NCBI GenBank assembly: GCA_001770205.1
Contig: MEQL01000060.1
Location: 1 to 64,000 of the forward strand
Origin: Bdellovibrionales bacterium RIFOXYD12_FULL_39_22
Lineage (GTDB): Bacteria; Bdellovibrionota; Bacteriovoracia; Bacteriovoracales; Bacteriovoracaceae
Direction: 5' to 3'
DNA: 64,000 bases
Shown: positions 19,187-27,898 of the stretch, piece by piece
Layout: each line of letters begins with the position of its first letter
Position numbering within the stretch: position 1 is the stretch's first letter
The notes under the pieces: model-generated
Database searches by the model: none
What the model saw: the letters and a program-made list of their open reading frames with translations, nothing else
What the model was told of the DNA's origin: nothing
Program-made: the position numbers and the translations under genes

Positions 19187-21373
19187 CTAATTTGGAGGGT
19201 CTTGATAAGCGCAGGCCTTCTCAATCCCCTCTTGGCAACTATATTTAAAATAGTATTGTGCTCTCTCATTATTTCCATCTTTGGCCTCGGCCAAGGCCAA
19301 ATTATAACAGGCAATGATGAGCTTAAGTTCACAGGCCTTATTGTAATACTCGAGAGATTGTTTTAATTCGCCTTCACTCTCCAGCAAAGCTCCAATATTA
19401 TTGCAACCATTTGCATGTTTGCCCTGACAGGCCAGCAGATAATATTTTTTTGCACTTTCTTTTTGCCCAGACTTTTCCTCCAAATTTCCCATGCTATCAC
19501 ACCCCCCCATAAAACTACCTTCACAGGCCTTGGTGTAATAACGACGCGCTTCTTCTGGCCGGGAGGCCTGTTCTTCAAAGCGGCCCCAATTATCACAGGC
19601 ACCCATATTACCACCAGCGCATCCTTTTTTAAATAATTCAAGTGCCAATTGAGAATTTCCTGACTGTGTTTCTAATAGGCCCAAGTTATCACAGGCCAAC
19701 ATGGAGCCTGCATCACAACTACGCTTGAAAATATCTCGAGCAAATTGTTCATTACCTGCATAATACTCAAACGTAGCAAAGTTATTACAACCATCTAAAT
19801 GGCGTAAGGTACAGGCGCGTTGAAATAGTTCATGGGCATTTTTAAATTTCTCTTTTTCTTTTTCTAAAATACCTTGATTATAACAGCCATCCCCATTTTC
19901 CCCCTCACAGGCCTTTTTAAAAAGATCATAGGCCAAAGCAACATTACCGGCCTTATGCTCAAGACTACCTAAATTATTACATCCTCGAGAATAATTTGCT
20001 TCACAGGCCTGTCGATACAATCTCTGCGCCTCATCTATTTTTTTCTCTCCAGCAAGTACTACTCCTAAATTATAGCATCCACCCATATGCGCAGCATCAC
20101 AGCTTTCTTTAAAATACTTTTTTGCCTCGACTGTTTTTTTATTAGCATTTAAAATGGCACCTACATTATTACAACCTCCAACAAATTTTCCCAGACAGGC
20201 CTGTCGATAGAAAGTTTCGGCCTGTTTGGTATCTCCCGACCCCTCTTCTAAAAGTCCAAGATTGTTACAAGATTTAGCAAAACCCAAGGTGCAATTATTT
20301 TGATATAATTCACGGGCCCTTTTTTTATTTCCAAGCTGCTCTTCCGCTTCACCTAAATTATCGCAAGAACTAAGATGGCCTAACTGACAGCCTTGTTGAA
20401 AATAAGGATAGGCACCGGAGGCATTCCCATGATCCTCTAGTAAATTTCCCAGATTATCACAACCTCGAACAAATCCACCGTCACATGCTTGTTTAAATAA
20501 TTTTTTGGCAAGATCAATATTCCCATTTTTATTTTCTAGCAATCCCCAATTATCACATCCTCCTAATAACCCATCTGTGCATCCTTTTTTAAAAAGCTCC
20601 TTGGCAACTTCTTTGTTATTAGCATAATATTCAAGAACACCTTCATTATTGCATCCTAAAAGCAGGCCCCCCTTACAGGCCATATCAAAAAATCTTTTTG
20701 CATCATCATTTCTCTTATCTTTTTGCATTTCAAGGCCCAGTTGATTGCAGGCCAACATAACTTTTTTATCACATAAGTCACTTAGTATTTTTGAGGCCGA
20801 CTTACTTTCTTCATTTTTTGCCAAACTCAGTGCTTTTGAAAATGCCTGCAAATCTACGAACTCATTAATCCCCATATCAACGGTTATGGGCAGAGAGAAG
20901 TTATCTGTTAATTTACTTAAAATCTCCTTAAAAAGCTGCTGATAGTTTTTAGAGACATTGCTTTCCTTCCCCAGCTGCATTTTGGCCGTTCCAATTTTTT
21001 TTGCCAAAAAAACATCAATAATATTAAACTCCAAAGTGCTAATTTCTTCAAAGACAGAAGGCACCAAGTAAATCACAAAATCACTATAGTGAGTTAGCCC
21101 CCAACTAACATAATCTTGTTCATTTTTGAATTTTTCTGTCTGCAAAGTCTCCATCAGAAAAATGCCGCCGACCGACGAGAGATCTTGATGTAATATTTCA
21201 TATATGGCATGTTCTACTCCTAAAACATTGCCTCCATCTTTTTGCTGCTCGGGCGAAATTAAGGCCACCTTTTTTATCTTGATCTCTTCATTATTATTGC
21301 TCTCTGTGGCAACTGTTAACTTAACAATAAAAAAACAAAACAAGACAATGGAGAGGGAATTTAATAATTTCAT
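19187..21373 (-). CDS. Secreted cysteine-rich Sel1-like repeat protein (HcpA-type repeats)
   Basis: Signal peptide; about 14-15 tandem 36-aa repeats with AC..G...GC.NLG. Confidence 0.9.
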   Translation of the reverse strand: MKLLNSLSIVLFCFFIVKLTVATESNNNEEIKIKKVALISPEQQKDGGNVLGVEHAIYEILHQDLSSVGGIFLMETLQTEKFKNEQDYVSWGLTHYSDFVIYLVPSVFEEISTLEFNIIDVFLAKKIGTAKMQLGKESNVSKNYQQLFKEILSKLTDNFSLPITVDMGINEFVDLQAFSKALSLAKNEESKSASKILSDLCDKKVMLACNQLGLEMQKDKRNDDAKRFFDMACKGGLLLGCNNEGVLEYYANNKEVAKELFKKGCTDGLLGGCDNWGLLENKNGNIDLAKKLFKQACDGGFVRGCDNLGNLLEDHGNASGAYPYFQQGCQLGHLSSCDNLGEAEEQLGNKKRARELYQNNCTLGFAKSCNNLGLLEEGSGDTKQAETFYRQACLGKFVGGCNNVGAILNANKKTVEAKKYFKESCDAAHMGGCYNLGVVLAGEKKIDEAQRLYRQACEANYSRGCNNLGSLEHKAGNVALAYDLFKKACEGENGDGCYNQGILEKEKEKFKNAHELFQRACTLRHLDGCNNFATFEYYAGNEQFARDIFKRSCDAGSMLACDNLGLLETQSGNSQLALELFKKGCAGGNMGACDNWGRFEEQASRPEEARRYYTKACEGSFMGGCDSMGNLEEKSGQKESAKKYYLLACQGKHANGCNNIGALLESEGELKQSLEYYNKACELKLIIACYNLALAEAKDGNNERAQYYFKYSCQEGIEKACAYQDPPN

Positions 21374-23235
21374 TGACGATTTTCCTTTGTCTGGCCCGAT
21401 TTTAAAATTTTAACTTTATGAAGAATATCTTTACTAACTTTAAAATCTATTTTTTGATCATTAAAAAGTGCTACATAATCCCCTTCCGGCAAAGAAAGTT
21501 TATTAAATGGCAACTTAACGATATATAGCTTATCGCTCTCGGCCATTTGAATTCGCAATACTGACTTGGCGGGAAAATCCTTATCCTCACACTCAATAAT
21601 TCCAGAAGATGATTTAGTAAACTTCGGTGCAGGAATCTCAAGCATTTGATCTTTATGTTCTAGCATAACCGGAACAATATAAGGATCTACTCCATCTTTA
21701 ATAAATCTAAAATATACTCTTTCATATACTGGAACTTCTATTTTTTTTAAGCCTGATGCAATTAATTCCTCATTATAAAAAATCTGTACACCTTTGCTAT
21801 TTTGAATGGGCCAAGAAACAAACCCTTTGTGTCCCATTTGCCGAGCATAGATACCAGCAAAAGGAGTTATCATATTCCCTATCCACAAAATTAAAAACAA
21901 AACAGCGAACAATTTAGTAAAAAATTTAACCCGCCGCAAATTTATTGAAGAATCATCTTCATCGGAGGGATCAGAATTAACAACCATCTCCCGCCGTCTC
22001 GGACGATCAAACTTAGTCAAATCAACATCTGCCTCTTTGTTTTTTGACTTACGACTTTTGGCCACTACTGTAGACTCTCCGGTCAATGCTTTGGCCGTTT
22101 TTCTAATAATCTCTTTATAAATTTCTGTATTGATTAATTTCTTTTTAGGCATGGCCTTTTCTGGCAATGCCGGAGAAACATTTTTGATGCCGATATCCTT
22201 GTCGCCTTTGCTTTGCGCGGTTTCTCGTTTGTAATCCTGATAATACTCTTCTACATTTACATCGACATATCCTTTTAAAATCGCCTCATCCTTTTCAATA
22301 TCTTTAGCAAATATTTTCCTCATCCTTTCACGAAAAGACGCTACAGAGAAATTTGCGTCAAAATTGTGTAAAAAAGTTGTTAGCTCTTGGCCAAAATCTT
22401 CCATCGACTGATATCGTTTGTTGGGATTTTTTTGTAATGCCTTAACAATAATGCGTTCCAACTCCAGAGGAAGAGTGGGAATAAAGATGGAAGGTAAAAT
22501 AATTTCGCACTTTTCAATTTTGCTTAAAACCGCAAAGGGATTGTCATCATCTTTTTCAAAATGCGGCCGCATACATAAAATTTCCCAAAGCACTAAACCC
22601 AAGGAAAAAACATCATAGCGAGAATCAATAGGCAGGCCCATAATATATTCTGGCGCAAAATAAGAGAACTTACCTTTGATGGCCCCCGCCTGCGTTCGGC
22701 GAGAATTAGTATCGGCCTTGGCTATACCAAAATCAATAACCTTTACTATTCCATCATAGGAAATCATGATATTTTCTGGAGAAATATCGCGATGAATTAT
22801 ATTGGCGCTTTCCCCGGTAAATTTATTCTTAAATGCGTGGGCGTAGTGAAGTCCTTGACACACCTGTGATATCAAATATACGACATGACTGATTGATAGT
22901 TTTTCTAAAACAAACTGCAATTGATCTAGCAGATCCCGAACACTTCTTCCATCTATGTATTCCATTGCTAAAAAAAGGCGATTATTCAATTTACCATAAT
23001 CAAACGTCTGTGCGATATTAGGATGACTAAGATCAAAAGCTATTTTAATCTCATCCATAAACATAGTGACAAATTCCTCATCATCAGAAATTGCCTCCCG
23101 CATCTGCTTGATTACAACCAACTTACTAGACTGTTCACCGATAAAAAGTGCTCGCGAAATAATGGCCATTCCACCATCTTGAATGTGATCTAAAATTACG
23201 TAGCGGCCAAATCGTTCTAGTTTTTTGTTTGCCAT
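21370..23235 (-). CDS. Membrane-anchored Ser/Thr protein kinase
   Basis: GGMA, VVIK, HRDISPEN, DFGIAK, GKFSYFAPE; single TM followed by a periplasmic beta domain. Confidence 0.95.
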   Translation of the reverse strand: MANKKLERFGRYVILDHIQDGGMAIISRALFIGEQSSKLVVIKQMREAISDDEEFVTMFMDEIKIAFDLSHPNIAQTFDYGKLNNRLFLAMEYIDGRSVRDLLDQLQFVLEKLSISHVVYLISQVCQGLHYAHAFKNKFTGESANIIHRDISPENIMISYDGIVKVIDFGIAKADTNSRRTQAGAIKGKFSYFAPEYIMGLPIDSRYDVFSLGLVLWEILCMRPHFEKDDDNPFAVLSKIEKCEIILPSIFIPTLPLELERIIVKALQKNPNKRYQSMEDFGQELTTFLHNFDANFSVASFRERMRKIFAKDIEKDEAILKGYVDVNVEEYYQDYKRETAQSKGDKDIGIKNVSPALPEKAMPKKKLINTEIYKEIIRKTAKALTGESTVVAKSRKSKNKEADVDLTKFDRPRRREMVVNSDPSDEDDSSINLRRVKFFTKLFAVLFLILWIGNMITPFAGIYARQMGHKGFVSWPIQNSKGVQIFYNEELIASGLKKIEVPVYERVYFRFIKDGVDPYIVPVMLEHKDQMLEIPAPKFTKSSSGIIECEDKDFPAKSVLRIQMAESDKLYIVKLPFNKLSLPEGDYVALFNDQKIDFKVSKDILHKVKILKSGQTKENRQ

Positions 23236-23276
23236 ATTTTGTTATATTACTATTATCCTATTAATTTAAAATAAAT

Positions 23277-24764
23277 CTATATCGACGAAGGAGTAAAATT
23301 AAAGGGGTATTGAACATTAACGGCGCCCCCCTTTGGACTTGGAAAACTTATTTTCCCAATCTCCTGCGAGATACAGTCATACAATTTCTGATTTTTAAGT
23401 TGAGTCTTTACAACTTTAACTCCAGAAACACTTCCTCCAACATTTATGTTCCACCCCATCGTAATCACTCCAGACAAAGTCGAATCATAAAGCAGGGCCT
23501 TCTCGTAGCAATATTGTAATTTTGATAGATGTTTTTTAAGGGCCTTCTCAATTTCTGAATCGGAGAGATTTCCTTTGCCACTTGTCCGCATCCCTCCTCC
23601 GCCCCCACCAAAGGAATCACCAAAGGCCCCGCCCTCTGCCCCATAATCTTGTAATCGCCCAACGGCCACTTGACCTTGTACATTATTTAGAGATTTGCCA
23701 CGAGAATTACCAAACACGGCCCCCTCGGAAATTGCCTCTCCTGTTGCTATTTCTCTGGCACCTCGAGTACGAATAGGCCCAGCAGATCCTGGGCCTGAAG
23801 CGGTAGTTACTAACTTTGAAAGATAGTCTTTTTGTCCACTACCTCCACCGCTTGCCGAGACTCCTTTAGCATAATTTTTTGAACTACTCGGAACTGCCCC
23901 TCCCGCCTGAACGTTAAACTTGCTGGGGGCCGTCGATGACAAAAATCCCAGTGAACTACTAAGACGCGCCTTTGTTGCGGCCGCGGCATTGGCCTTGGCC
24001 GCCCCCATCTTGCCCGCATCTCCCATTCGAACTCCACTTTCACGCGTAAAGGTGTCGGCTTTTCTCACTCCTCCAATTTTTTCTGGCCCCTTTTTGACCA
24101 CTAGCCGCTTAGGATCCTCTTTCGTAGGAGGAGGTGGTTTTTTAGTTTCTGCCAACATACTATTTGGTGCCAATTTTTTTGTCTTCTTTTTTTCCTCTTT
24201 AGGTGGAGGGCCGGGTGGTTTCTTCTCCTCCACAACGACCTTGGGGGCCTCTTTAACTTCCGGTACCGGAGTCGCAACCACCAGCGGTTTAATTATCTCT
24301 TCCATCTTTTTTTTATTAATTTTTGCTACCAACTCATTAATGCGTTTCTGATCAATCGAAATCCGCAACTGATGCCTTATCTCAGGCGCAAAAAAAGTAT
24401 ATAGCGCTCCCATGGCCAAAATAAAAAGATGAAGGAATGTTGAATGTTTTATAAATTTAGTAAAGCGAATATTATCTTTAACGATAAAATCTTTGGCCAA
24501 TTGAAAAACATAGGTGCGTTCTTCGCATTTGATTTGAATAGGACGGTCTGCTGCCAACGAATATTCTCGCTTTGTCGGAACATAAGCATTGACCACTACC
24601 TCCCAGTCTTTGTGGTTAAGCCCAATACTAATTTTAAATTTATTTCCATCAAGATTGAGTTCTATTTTTTTTTCAATGAAATCAATTTCTACTGGATCAT
24701 AGGTCGAGGCCCCACCGGGCCCTTGCGATGATATTTGGATGATGGGATTTTTAATTTTTTTCAT
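23277..24764 (-). CDS. TonB-like energy transducer, GltG/AgmX/PglI C-terminal domain protein
   Basis: Single TM with S..LH motif, Pro/Lys-rich then Gly-rich linker, C-terminal LQYCYE.AL...L.G...W.I...G.V...CI...I..I.FP.PKGG...V.YPF.F. Confidence 0.85.
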   Translation of the reverse strand: MKKIKNPIIQISSQGPGGASTYDPVEIDFIEKKIELNLDGNKFKISIGLNHKDWEVVVNAYVPTKREYSLAADRPIQIKCEERTYVFQLAKDFIVKDNIRFTKFIKHSTFLHLFILAMGALYTFFAPEIRHQLRISIDQKRINELVAKINKKKMEEIIKPLVVATPVPEVKEAPKVVVEEKKPPGPPPKEEKKKTKKLAPNSMLAETKKPPPPTKEDPKRLVVKKGPEKIGGVRKADTFTRESGVRMGDAGKMGAAKANAAAATKARLSSSLGFLSSTAPSKFNVQAGGAVPSSSKNYAKGVSASGGGSGQKDYLSKLVTTASGPGSAGPIRTRGAREIATGEAISEGAVFGNSRGKSLNNVQGQVAVGRLQDYGAEGGAFGDSFGGGGGGMRTSGKGNLSDSEIEKALKKHLSKLQYCYEKALLYDSTLSGVITMGWNINVGGSVSGVKVVKTQLKNQKLYDCISQEIGKISFPSPKGGAVNVQYPFNFTPSSI

Positions 24765-24766
24765 CG

Positions 24767-25033
24767 TCAGTATTGTGTCCTCAGAATTTCTTCGCGATAA
24801 TCCACTCTCATCTTGATAAACTTTATCTTATCTTTTTTTGAGCTAATCGTTAAAATCATGGAAAGATTTCTAGTCTGTCCACGAACCTCTAATGGTTTAC
24901 TCATATTCTGCGTATTATTATTGTAATTACCACCACCACTGGCCGCTTTCCCTTTTTCTGCGGCCTTCAGCGAAAAAACCATCATTCCCAGCAATATAAT
25001 TAAAATCAGAATATAAATTCTACTTACAGTCAT
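24767..25033 (-). CDS. Small periplasmic protein, GltF/CglF-like
   Basis: Signal peptide; LEVRGQ...FIKMRVDYREEIL resembles the GltF I.G...IK.R..F..EI pattern; located immediately before the GltG-like gene. Confidence 0.55.
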   Translation of the reverse strand: MTVSRIYILILIILLGMMVFSLKAAEKGKAASGGGNYNNNTQNMSKPLEVRGQTRNLSMILTISSKKDKIKFIKMRVDYREEILRTQY

Positions 25034-25036
25034 AGT

Positions 25037-25531
25037 TTATATATCCTGTCGCATAGAGACAAAATTTATAGCTGTTATACCTACTCCGGCCGCAGTCAAA
25101 ACCACACTATCGATCATTTTATATGGTACATCTTTATCGGCCAAAATCATTAATTCAATGGCCTTACCATCCTTTTCATATTCCTGCTTAATTCGCTCCA
25201 GTCCCTGCGCCGCTCGTTTCATTACTTCCTCTCGTTGTGACGCAAAGGAATTAAAAGCAATGGTCTCTCCCTTATCAAACGCCCAGCGATCTTTTCCAAC
25301 AATAAGCGTAATTCCAGTTATCGCCTTACCTACACTTTTTATCTGAACTTTCGGTAGAATAATATAATCCGGTAACGGAACCTCTTCCACTACATCGGAG
25401 TAATTGACCAATAAAAAGATCAAAATGATAGTTAAAATATCCATAAGCGACGTTATATTTAATCGCTCTGGTTTTTTGGGGGCCAAACTACCAAAACTAA
25501 CTTTTTTCGAGCTCATTGTTTTCCTCATCAC
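25037..25531 (-). CDS. exbD: ExbD/TolR family protein (AglS-like)
   Basis: LNITSLMDILTIILIFLL TM with conserved Asp; ILADKDVPY..I..V...A..G periplasmic motif. Confidence 0.9.
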   Translation of the reverse strand: MMRKTMSSKKVSFGSLAPKKPERLNITSLMDILTIILIFLLVNYSDVVEEVPLPDYIILPKVQIKSVGKAITGITLIVGKDRWAFDKGETIAFNSFASQREEVMKRAAQGLERIKQEYEKDGKAIELMILADKDVPYKMIDSVVLTAAGVGITAINFVSMRQDI

Positions 25532-26030
25532 CTTTTGGCATTAACACTAATAAAAGTTCTTCTGTAATCAGCGCGGCACTATCAGGTTTTTTACACTGTT
25601 CAAGTATCTTTACCATACGCTCATAAGTGACATTGGGTTCTACGGAAACTAACATCGAGTTTAGTTTTTTATGTGCTGTTCTAAATTCAATAACCTTGCG
25701 CCAAATTGTCTCTGCCGCCGACTCGTTATTGGCCGCCGTCTCCTTTTGTAAGCTCTCTCCGCTATCTTCATCAATCAACTCTAAATCAAGCGATGCCTCG
25801 GAGATAGTAAGTTGCAACACATAGCTTTTTTCCTTATCCGGCTTAACTGCCTCTTCCGGTTTTTCCTCGCTCTTGCTTAGTCCAGGAATATTAACCGACA
25901 ACGCTTTAAAATGATAAAACGCAACATTGGTAATCAATACCGGAATAATAATAAGCAGCAAACTCATAAAAGGCAGCATCAAGTCGCCTTCATCTTGATC
26001 CGGTTTTTGAAACTTAACTCTCTTTTTCAT
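25497..26030 (-). CDS. exbD: ExbD/TolR family protein (AglQ position), TM Asp replaced by Ser
   Basis: TM LMLPFMSLLLIIIPVLI; periplasmic VEPNVTYERMVKILE motif; located between ExbB-like and second ExbD-like genes. Confidence 0.8.
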   Translation of the reverse strand: MKKRVKFQKPDQDEGDLMLPFMSLLLIIIPVLITNVAFYHFKALSVNIPGLSKSEEKPEEAVKPDKEKSYVLQLTISEASLDLELIDEDSGESLQKETAANNESAAETIWRKVIEFRTAHKKLNSMLVSVEPNVTYERMVKILEQCKKPDSAALITEELLLVLMPKGDEENNELEKS

Positions 26031-26076
26031 TTAAATCCTTTTATCTTTGATTATCTTTTTAAATCTCAGGCAATAA

Positions 26077-26718
26077 CTAGGCCGCCTTACTGCGAGAGCT
26101 ACTCCTATCTGCGTGCTCATGCTCAATAATGTGCAATATCTCATTAATCGTTTCATCATATTTTTGCAAAATAGATGATTCTTTATTGGCCAACATGGCG
26201 TATGCAACAATACAAGGGATAGCAACAATCAGACCAAATGCAGTTGTATTCATGGCGGTAGAAATACCATTTGCTAAAATTTCTGCTTTGGTGGCGGCAT
26301 CTGCACCACTCAAAGAACTAAAAGAGGTAATCAAACCTTGGATCGTTCCTAACAAACCAAAGAGCATAGAGATATTACCTGTAACCTGAATCAAATATGT
26401 TCGCTTCTGAATCTTGGGAATTAACTTTTGAATGCATAATCCACTGGCCGATTCAATAGTCTCCATGGACTGATCATAGTTACGTAAAATTTCTGAAATA
26501 ACAGCAGCAAGCGGATGCCCCGTGGATCTACACATCTTGGCCGCACCACTAATATTGCGCTCTCTAACACTTTTAACCACTTTACCAAAAAAGTTGCGTC
26601 TAAATGGGTAACTAAACGTTAGCGCAAAATATTTTTCTAAAACCATGGCAAATGCCAAGATTGATAGCAACGCAATAACGTACATGAATGGCCCACCATC
26701 GATAAAAAACTTAATCAT
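26077..26718 (-). CDS. exbB: MotA/TolQ/ExbB proton channel protein (AglR-like)
   Basis: GGPFMY start; GLLGTIQGLI.SF and GISTAMNTTAFGLIVAIP motifs. Confidence 0.95.
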   Translation of the reverse strand: MIKFFIDGGPFMYVIALLSILAFAMVLEKYFALTFSYPFRRNFFGKVVKSVRERNISGAAKMCRSTGHPLAAVISEILRNYDQSMETIESASGLCIQKLIPKIQKRTYLIQVTGNISMLFGLLGTIQGLITSFSSLSGADAATKAEILANGISTAMNTTAFGLIVAIPCIVAYAMLANKESSILQKYDETINEILHIIEHEHADRSSSRSKAA

Positions 26719-27011
26719 TTTCCCGCTCCTTTTTCATGGATACAAAACCCTGACCTCATTAACTACTCGGAAAAATCAAAAAGATTGTTTAATTAATTTA
26801 TCTAATTTTTTAGCGATAAATTATTGCAAAAAATTTTTACTCTATCACTCAGCAGTATTACTTTTAATTTATGATAAATTTAATAATTAACAGCTTTCCC
26901 GGAGTTTTTTTGTCAACCATTTAACTCGGGTTATAATCGAGGTACGGCCATCGCCAATAATCCAGAATTGCAACAGGCAATTGCAAAGTGTCTGCTGAGC
27001 ACGGAATGATT

Positions 27012-27131
27012 ATCTTCCAAAATCATTACTCCAGGAAGAGGGCCAAAGCGCATTACTTTTTCTATGGAGAAATCATCCGCAAGTTCACAACTGCACAATG
27101 TGAACATCTGTCTAGTGGTGGCCCTGCATGC
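27012..27131 (-). pseudogene. Fragment of an AAA+ ATPase (AAA_14/DUF4143-like)
   Basis: Translation ACRATTRQMFTLCSCELADDFSIEKVMRFGPLPGV resembles the family's AGRA....L.PL...EL...F.....L..G.LP; Walker motifs and C-terminus are absent. Confidence 0.45.
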
Positions 27132-27205
27132 TTGCTTTTTTATGGTGCTATCGTAAATTTTACCGTCAATTTTACGATAGCGCAAAAGCCTAAAATGCAT
27201 TCCCA

Positions 27206-27237
27206 AATAAAAAGGCCTGTTTTTTTACCAGGCCTTT
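27206..27237 (-). terminator. Intrinsic terminator of the 27272-27706 gene
   Basis: AAAGGCCTG/CAGGCCTTT stem followed by T-run on the - strand. Confidence 0.7.
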
Positions 27238-27271
27238 AATATGAAATTTAAAAACATTGGCAATTAAGCGA

Positions 27272-27706
27272 TCAATTGCCAATTATCCACCATGTTGCGT
27301 CACGAAACTCACACAAAAATCTAGCATGTCTTCCACGATCATATAATCTATCTAGTTTTGAGATATCCGAAACAATTTCCGAGTAACTCTGACTCATAAG
27401 TTGATCCTGAATAACATCAAGGCCACCAACATTTTCATAGGCACCACGCAGCTTATGATTCCAGGCATTCAGTTGCTCAACAATCAAATCAACAACCACT
27501 TCCTTATTGTCTTCATCATATTGGCCTATATTTAACTTTATGTTACTCATTATTTCAGGATACCAATAAGCAGCTTCTGAGTCATTGCAATAACCTTTTT
27601 TTAAATGAGGAACGAAAAATCCAAGACCAAAATTGGATTCAAGAGCAAAGCTTAAATTCGTGAAAGCAAATCCTAATACCAAAAAAACAACCATTAACTT
27701 TTTCAT
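27272..27706 (-). CDS. Secreted hypothetical protein, probable TetR target
   Basis: Clear signal peptide (MKK...SFA), AGGAG RBS, divergent from TetR gene. Confidence 0.7.
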   Translation of the reverse strand: MKKLMVVFLVLGFAFTNLSFALESNFGLGFFVPHLKKGYCNDSEAAYWYPEIMSNIKLNIGQYDEDNKEVVVDLIVEQLNAWNHKLRGAYENVGGLDVIQDQLMSQSYSEIVSDISKLDRLYDRGRHARFLCEFRDATWWIIGN

Positions 27707-27744
27707 AATCTCCTCTCCTTATTTAGTTATCAGAACCGTTCTTT

Positions 27745-27824
27745 ATGAACGCGTTCATTTTCATATAAACGCTTATAGGTCAAATCAGAGCAGGAGTCAA
27801 TAACTATTTTTAGAACGTGTTCAT
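27745..27824. promoter_or_regulatory. Candidate TetR operator palindromes
   Basis: Perfect 14-bp palindrome ATGAACGCGTTCAT (27745-27758) and near copy TAGAACGTGTTCAT (27811-27824) between divergent genes. Confidence 0.65.
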
Positions 27825-27898
27825 TTTTTGCACACTTGTTAAAAACCATGTATTTATATATAGTTAATACTAAATATTCCCATTAATCGGAGGTTCTT

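Noticed and set aside
19187..20800. Roughly 108-bp periodicity as a CRISPR or DNA repeat array
   Set aside because: Explained by degenerate 36-aa Sel1 protein repeats; no identical direct repeats with spacers
25037..26718. Ordinary TonB-ExbBD uptake or Tol-Pal system
   Set aside because: No TonB-dependent receptor, TolB or Pal nearby; the partner has the AgmX/PglI-type C-terminus and GltC/D/F-like genes are linked
27745..27824. LexA (GAAC-N4-GTTC) SOS box
   Set aside because: Spacer is 2 nt, and the sites lie between a TetR gene and its divergent partner
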